From: Selaginella moellendorffii
Lineage: Eukaryota > Plantae > Lycopodiophyta
DNA: 64,000 nt
NCBI RefSeq assembly: GCF_000143415.4
Contig: NW_003314357.1
Span: 189,293 to 253,292, forward strand
Reading direction: 5' to 3'
How positions within the stretch are numbered: position 1 is the stretch's first letter; every line of letters starts with the position of its first letter. Positions 25,201-35,644 of the stretch are shown piece after piece. A model generated the notes under the pieces. That model ran no database searches. It saw nothing but the letters and a program-made list of their open reading frames with translations, and was not told the origin of the DNA. The position numbers and the translations under genes are program-made.

Positions 25201-26960
25201 TCTTTCGTTCTTGTCTTTTTGTCACTCTTCACCGAGAGTAAGCACAAAAAGGCTGCCTTAGTTCCTTTAGTGAGTTGTCCTCTCGTGGACACCAGGTTTA
25301 AGCAGGACTCTTTGGCCTCCACCCTAGATCTTCTTCCTTGGGCATTCGCCAGTACCACAAGGTTCCTACCTTGTCCATGCAAGGCTACCACGAACCGATT
25401 GAATTAATCCATTCCGAAGATCACATCAAATCCCGCCATGTCCAACACGGTGAAATCCATGTCTACTTTCCATGTCCCTACTTCGACTCTCGCTTGTCGA
25501 AGTACCTCATCGGTGCTTTGGCTACCTTGAACAAACTCTATAGTCCTTGGTTCGCCTAGCCGCTGCACCGTTAGTCCGACTTGCCGGACTATGTCTGCAG
25601 CCACAAAATTATCCGAAGCACCCGTGTCAATAAGGATCTTAACAAAGCTACCTCCGAGCTTCCCTCGGAGGGCTAGTAGATGTCGCGAACGACTCTCTAC
25701 CAAAGTTGCTCGTGTAATGAGTAACTTTGAGTTAGGGACTGGATCACATACCTCAATTTGGACTTCACCCGACTTGATGGCTATATTGGCTCTGGCCTTC
25801 TTCGGGTAGGGACAGTCCCTCGAAAAGTGCCCCGCTTCACCGCAGTTGTAGCATACGTTGTTTCCCATGCTACTATACGACTTGACCTTCTTATCCGTGG
25901 GTTTGTCTCTTTTCGCTTGACTCCCCCATGTACTCGCTCGCTGGCCACCGGATTTGCCTTTCCAGAACCCCGAGGACTCATTCTTAGAGAAACTCTTCTT
26001 GAATTTCCCTCTGCTAAACGTTCCCTTTGGTTTGGCCCCTTTGCTAAACGTGGATCCCGACCCCGTCATGTTCCCCTTTCGTAGGTTATCGTTGAAATGC
26101 ACCTTGATGACCACATCCAACGCTTCCTTGTAATTGGTTGGGTTCCACCGCATCACTTCACCGCGAGCCCAGGTTTGCAAACCTGATATGAAGGCATGGA
26201 ACGCATCCATATCCCCCATGTCCGTGACAAGTATCCTCTTTGCCATAAACCCATTCACATACTCCTGAATGGTTCCAGTCTGCTTCAGCCTACTCAGCTT
26301 GTCCCTTAGATGTAGAGTAGCATTCGGAGGAACGTAAGTCACGTGGATCCTTGCCTTCATCATTTCCCAAGTGGCCATCGGTCCTTCGTTGACCTCTGTC
26401 GTTCTCCATCAAGACTTGGCATTATCTGCCAAGTATGGTTTTGCACATGGGACCTTCTCCGAGCTCAGTAACCGCAACGCTCGGAAGTAATCCTCCATAT
26501 CGTAAAACCAATCCTTCACCACCTTATAGTCATTCACTCCCTTGAAGACCGGTGGGGGCTTTGGTTTGTACTTGGGTACTGCCTGAGGGACTGATTCCAC
26601 TTCGGTGTGTTCAACCTTGTCTAGTTTTGCCTCAGTCCCTACTGAAGGGTCCACACCTTCTACGCTGCTAGCATCCGCAGTCTTTCGCTTTTTCTTTCGC
26701 TTCTCGTCACGCTTTAGCTTGCGTACGAGAGTCTCCAATAGGGCATTGGTCTGCGCCAATTGTCCTTCTAGCCTTGGAGCCTCGGACGACCGAACCTCAC
26801 CACCGGACTCCTGTTTGGAAGTTTCCTCACTGGAGTCCTCCTCATGCATGGATTCCTCATCCATAGCCTCTTGTTCAACCGGAGGCTCCAACTCTAGTGG
26901 AGGTTCCGTCTCCACCTGGGTTTGCTTATGCCCTGCCTTTGCCATCTCCCAGCAATTCAC
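22300..26960 (-). pseudogene. gag-pol of element C
   Basis: Motifs: CCHC CYNCGEAGHFSRDC, protease LIDTGAS, RT YIDD, RNase H ETDASDF, integrase HHCC (CHD..GH..CPTC), TMDFITGL and AYHPQTDGQTER, chromodomain YEVEAIL..VKWKGF..ATWEPEENL (~22330-22490). In-frame stops at ~26409, 25404, 24742, 23719 and 23200; frameshift at ~25165. Confidence 0.95.
23062..23108 (-). other. 47-nt intron-like insertion (GT...CTAAC...CAG) in the integrase core
   Basis: Minus strand reads CACCCACAGACAG|GTATTGGGTATTAAGTCAAGTGTGATGGCACTAACACTTCTTGACAG|ACGGACAAACAGAA. Removing it restores HPQTDGQTER exactly. Confidence 0.7.
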
Positions 26961-27004
26961 CTCTATCTTTCGCTAGAACTGAGGAAAAGGCTCCGATACC
27001 AAAT

Positions 27005-28166
27005 TGTAAGCCACAAATTTTTCCTTTCCGATTTGCCAGCTTACCTTGTCTATCCGACCAACACTGCCTTGGCTTGTGCTAAGTTCCCTCGCCAAGGTTC
27101 TCGCCTATGGTACCAGCTCCTACTTGGTTCTACTTGGTTTCAACTACTCACTGCACGAACAACGGAGTGTTAGCCATCCATCTATGGATTCCCAAATCTC
27201 TCCTAATTCCCCTCCCCGGGTTAGACTGGACTTAAGGTTCGGCTACACTCCCCGCAGGCACAAGTAGCCAAGCACATCAAGCCTCCAGGTTCCTAACACC
27301 CCTTGGTACAACAAGACTTGATCATAGGACCCTCTAAATCCCAAGCCTTGGGTGCAGCACTTGCTTCGGGACGTCGGGGCGAAACACTGTGGCCTAACAG
27401 CCCGGTATGGGTACCTCTACCCCCCCCCCCCCCCCCACTTCCATCCCGAAGGGAAGGCCCAAGCCCCTAGGAAGGGTGAGGACCAATGAGTCACAAGGTA
27501 CTCAAGTGGGGCACCACTCCACAAGAGCCGAGAGCACCGCAGTTGGTTTCCCTTTCGGGAGTGGGAGCTGCTCTTGAGCACTTCCCTGGGTGGCCCCTCC
27601 GGCACCACCCAAGCCCATGCTCACTCCCACCCAAGGCCCCTCGGCCCCAGTCTCAACCTCAAGTCAGTTTGGAAGCACCACTGGAGAGTTCCTTCAAGAC
27701 TGGTTCCTGGACCTCACTATCCCTACTATACTTTTGGAACCCCCTGCAGCCCCCCCCCCCCCCCCCTGGGAGATGCATGCTTTGGGCTTTCACCCCTTGA
27801 GCTGTATTAGTATTTGGACTTAGTCTCAGAGTCGATCTCGGACCTAACTTCGGACTCGGTCTCGGACTCGATTTCGAACTCAATCTTGGACCCGATCTCG
27901 GACTCGACTTCAGACTTGACCTCGGACTCGGTCTCGGACCCGATTTGGATCTCAGACTCCGTCTCGAACTCGGTCTTGAACTCAGTCTCGAACTCGGTCT
28001 CCGATTCGGTCTCGGACTCGATTCCGGACTCTATCTCGGACTCGATCTCAGAGTCAGTCTTGGAGTCGATCTTCGACTTGGTCCTATCCGATGAACTCTT
28101 TGTCATTTCGGTCATGCTTTCGGGGATCCTTTAGCCTACGACACCTCGGGGAGTCGGTTCCTTACA
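27005..28166 (-). repeat. 5' LTR of element C
   Basis: Adjacent to the PBS complement gctccgatacca. Confidence 0.95.
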
Positions 28167-29196
28167 GCACCCACTTGATTTTCCACTCCCAACTTACATA
28201 ACCACCCTTGGTTATGCTCTTTGATTCCCATGGTTTGGTTCTATCCCTTTACTACTTGCTTTTGGCTTCACACATTTCCTTCAGTTATTCACCTCCAAAC
28301 TAAGAGGATAGCTTTGCACTTTCTACCATGCCTTAGTAAGTATTCTTGAGGATGAACCTACCTGACAGTCTAGGGAGTGGTTTCTCAATCTAGGTATGCT
28401 CACCTTATAATCCCACACACCAGGATTAACGTTGCTACATATGGGCCTTTATATGCCCATCACTAGCCTTGCCAAAATTCCATTTTTGGCTTTATCCGAT
28501 TCGGATAGATGGACTTCTTCTGTCTTTGCAACCTTAGACATTTGGATAGCATTTTCTATCCATCATTCGCTAGGGACTTAGTCCCTTGGGCCTTATCTAT
28601 TGCCTTCACGACATCAAACACCACCTCCGGGTGTTCTAAAGTGTTTGGGTGTCCCAATGATGGCCTCTTTGACAATGACCATTCCCCTTTTTAACATTGA
28701 CTTACTATATTGCAACATAAACAATTTATCCCCTATAAGGGTATATTTAACTTACATGTTGAATTTGGTCTTCACAGGTATTTTGTTTTGGAGCAAACAC
28801 TCTTTCCAGTAAAGTCCTTATCTTTTTATTGCTATCTATTTTGTAGGTACCACATTGATCCACATGTTGTAGCTCTACCACCTTTTCTGGGACATTTCCA
28901 ACTTCTTGAGGATGTTCATTTGCTCTAGAGCAGCAAGCTTCCTTTGGTGTGTTATTTCTTTGAGGGCTGCAATGGATCCATTTTACCTCATGTACCAAAA
29001 AAAGCATTCCACCTAAGAGTGACATTGATTTTGCATTTCAAACTAAACTATGTGAGCTTCGATGGAGTATGCAGAAAAGTTGGACAGTGCTGGAGAGGGA
29101 ATTGATTCTTCCTCAAGATCATTATGCCATCCCTGGTTGATCAGTTTCTCCTAATAATGTTAAGACTAATAATGTTAGATGGATTTATCTAGTTTC

Positions 29197-29316
29197 TAGT
29201 TTAATACATTTAAATTTTCTATATTATTATAAGAAAGTTTTGTTAAATTTGATAACATTCTTTGATACCATCACACTATGCTATAAGGGATACATGTTTG
29301 GCATCATCATATTAGA
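29197..29316 (+). repeat. Left imperfect inverted repeat flanking the Fic cassette
   Basis: tagtttaataca...aagaaagttttgttaaatttgataacattctttgata...tgctataag...catgtt is the reverse complement of 33180-33293, apart from small indels. Confidence 0.8.
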
Positions 29317-29556
29317 AAAATCCCCTCCTAAGACGTCCCTCAGGCTCTGGCCTTTTCTCCTGAGCATTTGCAATGAGCTGCAAGCAATTAACATTTCTAA
29401 ATATATAGTGAGTAGTATATAGTTTTATATATACAACATGACAAGGGGATCACGAGCCGAATATTCTTTGCGCACCAAGTCCCGTTACGCGTTCGATTCC
29501 TGCGGGTGTCCCTTTCTGGGGTTTAATTTCTCTCTCTTGTTCTTGTTCGGGGTGGA

Positions 29557-30069
29557 TGAGGATCGCTGGAGGCGAGAATGTGAAGCTCTTCGATGTCGCC
29601 AGGGTTGCGCTGGTGGAATCACGCGAGTAAGATCTGCCTGCATTGCGCGACGATATGTCGTTGTTTTCCTTTCCTTCCAGAGATCGTCAAGCTTCTAGGA
29701 TCTGTGCGGCAGGCATCCTCGAGACGTTTCGTTTAGCTCAAAGTCGTGGAGAGATCGTCGTTGGAATCTGGGGCATGCAAAGCTCCAGGGATGATCACGC
29801 AAAGACGAGCACCTCCTTCGATCAGGTAAAGCTTTCCTCCCTTTGTTCCTGGTCACGTAGTGAGCTTTTGCCATGCTTCCTCATAGAGTTTTTGTTCGGC
29901 CGAGCAGAAAGCTTGACGATGGATCGGTGCATCTAGTACTGGAGGCAGTCCAAAGGTATGTTTGGGTCGCTCGCTTTCTTCATTGACACGCGGCCGAGGA
30001 AGGCAGGTGGTCTTTCCAGGAAAAAATAGAGCTGGAAAGCGAGCTCGAGCAACCTCTCGAGGGCGAGAG
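29557..30069 (+). pseudogene. Unidentified short-exon gene fragment convergent on Fic gene A
   Basis: Regularly spaced donor sites (gtaaga ~29627, gtaaag ~29826, gtatgt ~29956, gtaagt ~30070) and pyrimidine-rich acceptors. No uninterrupted spliced frame was found and the product is not recognised. Confidence 0.35.
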
Positions 30070-30084
30070 GTAAGTATGAGGTCG

Positions 30085-31005
30085 CTACAACTTGAGGCCC
30101 TGCCACGACTCGAGGGCCACAAAGAACCTCTGCCAACCGAAGTAGACCCCCTCTATGATGAGAGCAGTCAGGTCCCTGGGCTCGTGGTCATCCTCGCGAG
30201 CACTCTCGAAGCACTTGAGGTAGACATCCCGGTCTACAAACTCGTGCTGGCGGCCAGCGCCAGCAGCGAACAAGACATTGGGGAACACAGCCACGCTGCG
30301 AAGCAAGTAGGCCAGCATCATCCTCCCGCATCGCCCATTCCCATCCACAAACGGATGGATGCACTCAAACTTGTAGAAGAAGTCCGAGGCCAGCACCAGG
30401 AGCTGCTCCACCGTCTTGCAGCTCCTTGTCGTCGCCTCCTCCTCAAAGAGCCGCTCCACATCCGCGTTAGTCTTGCTCACCAACTTGGACAACTTGGGCC
30501 GGATTGCCCAGGCATCCGCGTAGAAGTGCTGCCTTCCGCTGCTCGTGATCGTCATTGCAACCTCGCTGCCGGAACGAAACAAGCCTGCGATCTCCGGCCT
30601 GCTCGGCTCCATAAGAAGCTCGTGTGACTGCCTGAGCTTGTAGTTGTTGACGCTGGGAGCCTCCTCGGCCTTCTCCTCCTGGAGCCACCATGCGTTGAAT
30701 GCTCGGGACAGGCAGCGGACTTGTTCCAATCTCTCGTCTGGAGCCACCACTTCGTGGAGCTGCTCCAGGGCGTGGAGTGTTTGGTCCCGGGTATCAAAGC
30801 CTTCCAGCTCCAGCTTGTTCACCTGGAAGAGGAAGTCGGCCATAGCGTCGCGCTGCCCGTACACGTCCAGCGCCCATGCTTTGGCATCGCCGTCCAGGGC
30901 CTGGAACCTCTTCACGTACCCACAAATGGCGTCCACCATGCTGCTCGTCGCCGGGGCTCCGTCGCCATCGCACCTCCAGAAGGGCCTCTCCGCGTATCGC
31001 CCCAT
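30085..31005 (-). CDS. Fic/DOC (Fido) domain protein A, 306 aa, intronless, putative AMP-transferase
   Basis: Canonical motif FECIHPFVDGNGRCGRMMLAYLL, preceded by an FR..EVAM flap-like segment and followed by a YLKCFESA helix. GC3-rich codons. TATA box upstream. Confidence 0.9.
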   Translation of the reverse strand: MGRYAERPFWRCDGDGAPATSSMVDAICGYVKRFQALDGDAKAWALDVYGQRDAMADFLFQVNKLELEGFDTRDQTLHALEQLHEVVAPDERLEQVRCLSRAFNAWWLQEEKAEEAPSVNNYKLRQSHELLMEPSRPEIAGLFRSGSEVAMTITSSGRQHFYADAWAIRPKLSKLVSKTNADVERLFEEEATTRSCKTVEQLLVLASDFFYKFECIHPFVDGNGRCGRMMLAYLLRSVAVFPNVLFAAGAGRQHEFVDRDVYLKCFESAREDDHEPRDLTALIIEGVYFGWQRFFVALESWQGLKL

Positions 31006-31039
31006 CTATATGCCCTAGCCTCAACCCAGAAGGGCCCCC

Positions 31040-31046
31040 TTTTATA
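31040..31046 (-). promoter_or_regulatory. Probable TATA box of Fic gene A within a ~500-bp bidirectional intergenic region
   Basis: Minus strand GTATAAAAGGGGG about 35-40 nt upstream of the ATG at 31005. Confidence 0.55.
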
Positions 31047-31502
31047 CAGCCAAGGTTTGAAAAGGGGTACATTTGAATTTCCCGGGCTTTGACACGCGGC
31101 ACGCGATAATTGGCTGTCGGCGCAAGCTCATTCTTCAGGGCTTGGCGAGGCGACGGCGTGAGCGCGATGGCGATGGCGATGGCGATGGCGCTGGCGGGGT
31201 GAACGATTGATCCAGCGCCAGCGCAGGGTAGGCGCTTCGGTCGATCACAACGAAATTTCATAGTTTCTTGCTCTAGATCGCTCCCTGTTAGCTGGATCGG
31301 GCCGGCTCAGCGTCAGCGATCGATTTCTCCTCTCGCCCCGGGTGTGTAGCGCTCAGCTACCTTTTCTTGCTGCAGAGCTAGGATCCAAGAGCAACTCGCG
31401 GCCTGTGTAGGTATGGAGATCGATATTGCCATATTTCCAACGATTCCATGAAATGCACCTTCCTAGGGTCACAGGACTTGTGAATTTCTCTCGGCTGGTA
31501 TC

Positions 31503-32330
31503 ATGGATGGGCGGCGCGCGGCTCTGAATCTCGTCCGAAGTGCTGGTATGCATTTCGATCTCTCAACCTCGTATAGTGTTTGCTTATATTGCAGTGAGGA
31601 AACCAAGGGGAAAAGCTGGCAAGGAGAAGGAGCCAGAACCACTGCTTACACCGTCCAACCACGCAGGCTTCTGGTATGTCTTATGTCGCAGCTCTCTCCA
31701 CGTACTTATCCAATCTACTCCAGGTTTGAGGCCTTCTGGGACACCCAAGCTATCAAAGTTGCTACGTCCCATGGCTTGGACGATCCTGCTCGATCCGCAG
31801 GGCTCTTGAGAGGTCTTGCCGTCATCAGGTCCTGGCCGGAGAGCTCACCCATCACGACCCTGCAGCTGTTACAACTGCACGAAGCTTTACAGCTGACACC
31901 GGTCTCGGCATTCCGCAGTTATGGTGCCATGTCCTCTGCTGGAAAGAGTTACGCACATCCCCGAGACATCCAGGTCAAGATGCGGAAGTTCCTGGACCGT
32001 CTCAATGCAAGCATCGCGGAGCACAGCAAGAGCAAGATGAGCATCGCCAAATGGGCCTCCACGGTCGCAAGGCTCATCATCGACTTCGAGAAGATCCATC
32101 CGTTTGAAGATGGTAATGGGCGTGTTGGACGCCTGCTTGCGCTGCACCTGCTGCGTCGCATTTCAGCCTTCCCAGCGGCCTTCTTCACTGCAGCTGAGCA
32201 CGGATCCCGGGACAGGTTCATCACTGCTTTCGAGGAGGATGACGAAGACGAGCTGGCAAAGATTCTACTCGGCAGCCTCCAGGGAACAGACGCTGCGTGG
32301 AGAGAGTTCCTTAAATCGAAGCTCCAGTGA
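31503..32330 (+). CDS. Fic/DOC domain protein B; predicted exons 31503-31545, 31595-31673, 31724-32330 (242 aa spliced)
   Basis: Motif FEKIHPFEDGNGRVGRLLALHLL, plus LLQLHEAL and AFRSY..YAHP Fic-like segments. Introns GTATGC..TTGCAG (49 nt) and GTATGT..TCCAG (50 nt) together preserve the frame. Confidence 0.9.
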   Translation: MDGRRAALNLVRSAGMHFDLSTSYSVCLYCSEETKGKSWQGEGARTTAYTVQPRRLLVCLMSQLSPRTYPIYSRFEAFWDTQAIKVATSHGLDDPARSAGLLRGLAVIRSWPESSPITTLQLLQLHEALQLTPVSAFRSYGAMSSAGKSYAHPRDIQVKMRKFLDRLNASIAEHSKSKMSIAKWASTVARLIIDFEKIHPFEDGNGRVGRLLALHLLRRISAFPAAFFTAAEHGSRDRFITAFEEDDEDELAKILLGSLQGTDAAWREFLKSKLQ

Positions 32331-33179
32331 TCTCGAACAGGAAGACAGGGGAAAGTTTGTCCTGGTATTTTTTTTCTTTTCTACTTCTTTACATGACTAC
32401 GCTAGAACTTCTGCATTGTCCAATAAAAAGCTGTGAACCAAGACAACTCAAAAACTTTCCTTGAGCACAACTATCCATGGCATGCTCCAGTGAAAACTAG
32501 CAATGGATGCTTTCGTGAGGACAGATCCCCTTCGTTTACAGCTTTGCTATAAGATGGGGCTTACCTGACTAACGTGTCATGCATGAATATTTGCTGGACG
32601 AGCTCGTCTATGGAATCGCTCTCGCCTTTTCGCTGCCTGTCTGACAGTGGCTTACCAGCCTTGCCTTGCTCACCACTATCTCCGGAAATCCAAGTCTAAA
32701 CGGGCCGCAGGTGACACATCTCAAACTTGGCTCCCTGCTCTTGAGGTTAGCCTTTATCGACTTACTAATGTTCGATCGACCTTCGCTCCAAGCCACTGTT
32801 CTCGCATCAGACCATCCAACATAGATAGAAAAGTCCTCCCATGCTCATCTCATGGCCATCTTGGAAACCTGGAAGTTGGCTCGGGCTTTTGGAGCCACCA
32901 CGGAAGCTGTAAACTCTGGGTTGGGCTGGGGGCTACGTAAGCGTTGGTGACCAGCACCAACACTTAGCACATGGTAAGCAGCACCAACCTTTTTGCTTGG
33001 AAACCACAGGCACAAACCCCGGTGGTGACGATCGTCCGGACTGGAATTGCCCTCCTTTCAATTGCGTAGTACTCCATCACGTAGAGAAGGGGGTAGTGAT
33101 GGCTTATATCAATTGTTTTGTCCCTGAAGAAAAGACATAGACTCGATGATTGACGGGCATGGATTTCTTGGCAAGGAGC

Positions 33180-33293
33180 TCTAATATATCCTAACATGTG
33201 TCTCTTATAGCATATCAAAGAATGTTATCAAATTTAACAAAACTTTCTTAGACAGAAAATTAATAATATAGAAAATATAATTGTATTAAACTA
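33180..33293 (-). repeat. Right imperfect inverted repeat flanking the Fic cassette
   Basis: Reverse complement of 29197-29316. A further partial direct copy lies at ~33471-33535. Confidence 0.8.
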
Positions 33294-35644
33294 TAATTTT
33301 TAAATTAACATCCAGTGAAACTGAAACTCGTATACTCATATGTTAAATGTAAAAGCCAATACTTATTCTAGGCACATGCTTAAGATCTAACAGCTGAGAA
33401 CTAATTATAATTGCCTTAATACAATAGATTGCTCTATATTATTATTCTTATCTAATATTGTTTTTTTTTAAATTCGATAACATTCTTTGATACTATCACG
33501 TTATGCTATAAAAGACATATGTTAAAATATATTTATAAGAAAACTAAATTTTATTTTTTATAGTAATTGCAATAGATGTTGTTTATTTATGTTTTATAAT
33601 TTTTATATTAAGATATTTAACATATCACTTTAAAAAAATTAGTTTGTTTTTATTTGTTTTCATTTGAGGTGATTGGTATATATCTTTGATAAGTCCATTA
33701 CAAATTATGATTATAATGTGGTGTATCAACTTACTTATAAATAAATAAATCTAACGTATGCTATGAGTGTCAAATGTCTTTAATTTTGTTAAACATTTCT
33801 TTGCTATTAATTATGGGTCATATTTTATTTTTATAAATTATTTTCTAATTAGAACTTATTCTTTTAGTTATAAAGTTTAAAATTCTTAGATTTTGTACGC
33901 TCTAAGTTTTAACTATAAAAACAACTATATGATCTAGGAATGTTTCATGTTCTTACAACTTGGCTTGACTTGTGATTTATTAATAATATTATTAAATAAA
34001 GGTAGATGTTGGACACCAATTTTTTAAAAAGTATTTTAAATAAACTGTTAAAAATTTTATATTTAATATTAATATTTTAAATGGAGCTGGATTCTCTTGC
34101 TAGTGCTTATATATTTAAATGAATAAGCTGGTTTCATAATGTCAAATGCTAGGAACTAAGCATATGCCAAAATCTACTGGTTGAGATTAACAAGCCTTAA
34201 AAGAATTTGAAATGTCTTTTAGAGCAGGGAGGAAACTGTGGCAGTATCTAAGAAGAGCTATGAATATTCTTCAACACCTGAATTATGAAGTTTGAGATGT
34301 CTGTGTCACTCGTCTCACTGATGGCCAGTTGGGAGTCATGATCACTGCTGCTATTACCTCAGGTACCTTTATCAAATTGGAAATGGTGCTGCAGAGGAAG
34401 ACCACCAAGAAAGGAAATGTTACAGCAGCCACCAAGGACTAGTGATTCATCATTAAAGAAATGGATACCATAAAAATTTAAGGATATCTATGTAGGGTCA
34501 TGCTACTTTGCTCTTGAGTGTGCAGGAGTGGAAAACAGGAAAAAAAAACCACACTTAAGACTTTATATTTAGGATTTTCTCTCAGGCTTTTGGAGTCAGG
34601 AAATTACATGAGTGCACAGAATAATTAGTGACCACGCATGTAGGATATAAAAGGGGGAACTTAGGATATCCTTCCCATCCCACTTTGTACTTTGTTTTAC
34701 ACATAATTGCATCTCTACTTATTCCACTCATTGTGCAAAGCCTAATCGGCAACCTTCCTTTAGGATATCCAAAGTCATATTTCTTTTTACTTGTTTGTGT
34801 TTATAAGTTAAATCACAACATAAGAAACCCCATTGGCCCCCTTAAAGTAGTCTTTTGATAAACTATAAAAGTATATTATATATAATGTATTCTCATCTCG
34901 GTCATATACTATACATATTTGAATTACAAACAAACACTACTTTTTAGTATTAAATAATTATGAAATATTTACTAAAATATAAATAAATAAGAAGCTCAAT
35001 TTCCATCTTAGAAATCTGCATTACTAGAGCAGAATAGCCTGATCTTTCCAATTGATTCACTCGTGTCGTGGAATGCATTGCTGGTGGGGTATGTGCAAGT
35101 AGGGAGTGTGGAGCACATCAATGCATTGTTTGCCACCTTGCCCAAAGCCGACATTGTCACTGGAGCATAGCCATGGCCCAACACAAACTCCCTAAACCAC
35201 ACTAGTGATTCATGCTAGCTGCTGCACACCATGGTGTGCCACGGTCTACAACCCAACACTTGCAGCTTCCTGGCCCTCATAGAGAAGCAACATTAGCAAA
35301 GAAGACAATCTCTGAAGTGGCACTTACATCAAAGCTTCTAGTGGCTGTCGCATCAAGCTCACAATCTTGAGCTTTCATTTGCTCTTGCAATGACTTGTTT
35401 CCATCTTGAGGCCTTTCACCAGCTTCTTCATCTAGACAAACAATCACTTTGCTTAGAAAAGAAAAATAAGAGAAAAGAGAAAAGGGAAACCTCAACCCTT
35501 GACATGGTAAGTGTCACCCTGTGCATCTAGCCAATGCATGTTACTATCCAAATTGTGAGGATCAACACCAAAAAACCCACTCGCAAACTCCTCCAGTCTG
35601 CCACTCCTTGATAAACGCATTTGTGGTTTTTATTTCTATGTATT

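Larger units (their letters stand above)
20701..28166 (-). mobile_element. Full-length Ty3/gypsy chromovirus (element C), inactivated by nonsense and frameshift mutations
   Basis: LTRs 20701-21880 and 27005-28166 (TG...CA). 5-bp TSD GCACC (20696-20700 / 28167-28171). iMet PBS 26990-27001 and PPT ~21881-21892. Domain order gag-PR-RT-RH-IN-chromo. Confidence 0.97.
19663..28752 (-). mobile_element. Inverted interior segment of the same non-autonomous family (19663-20700 plus 28167-28752), host of the nested chromovirus
   Basis: 19663-20700 is colinear with ~9953-11000 and reverse-complementary to ~15390-16410. After the TSD, 28172-28752 resumes colinear with ~11001-11586. Confidence 0.8.
28753..34020 (+). 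repeat. Segmental duplication copy 1 (direct; copy 2 at ~54683-60892)
   Basis: Identical ORF sets at offsets 26914/26907. Copy 1 lacks the sequence corresponding to 55081-56075. Confidence 0.95.

Noticed and set aside
29750-29810. IVVGIWGM resembling the start of an NB-ARC P-loop
   Set aside because: Not followed by GGxGKT and no other NB-ARC motifs nearby.
29962-31261. Overlapping antisense and alternative-frame ORFs across Fic A (221, 155, 124 aa)
   Set aside because: Expected shadow ORFs of a GC3-rich coding sequence; no motifs.
30085-32330. Bacterial contamination as the source of the Fic genes
   Set aside because: Host-sized spliceosomal introns in gene B, a TATA box for gene A, and contiguity with plant repeats in two copies argue against it.
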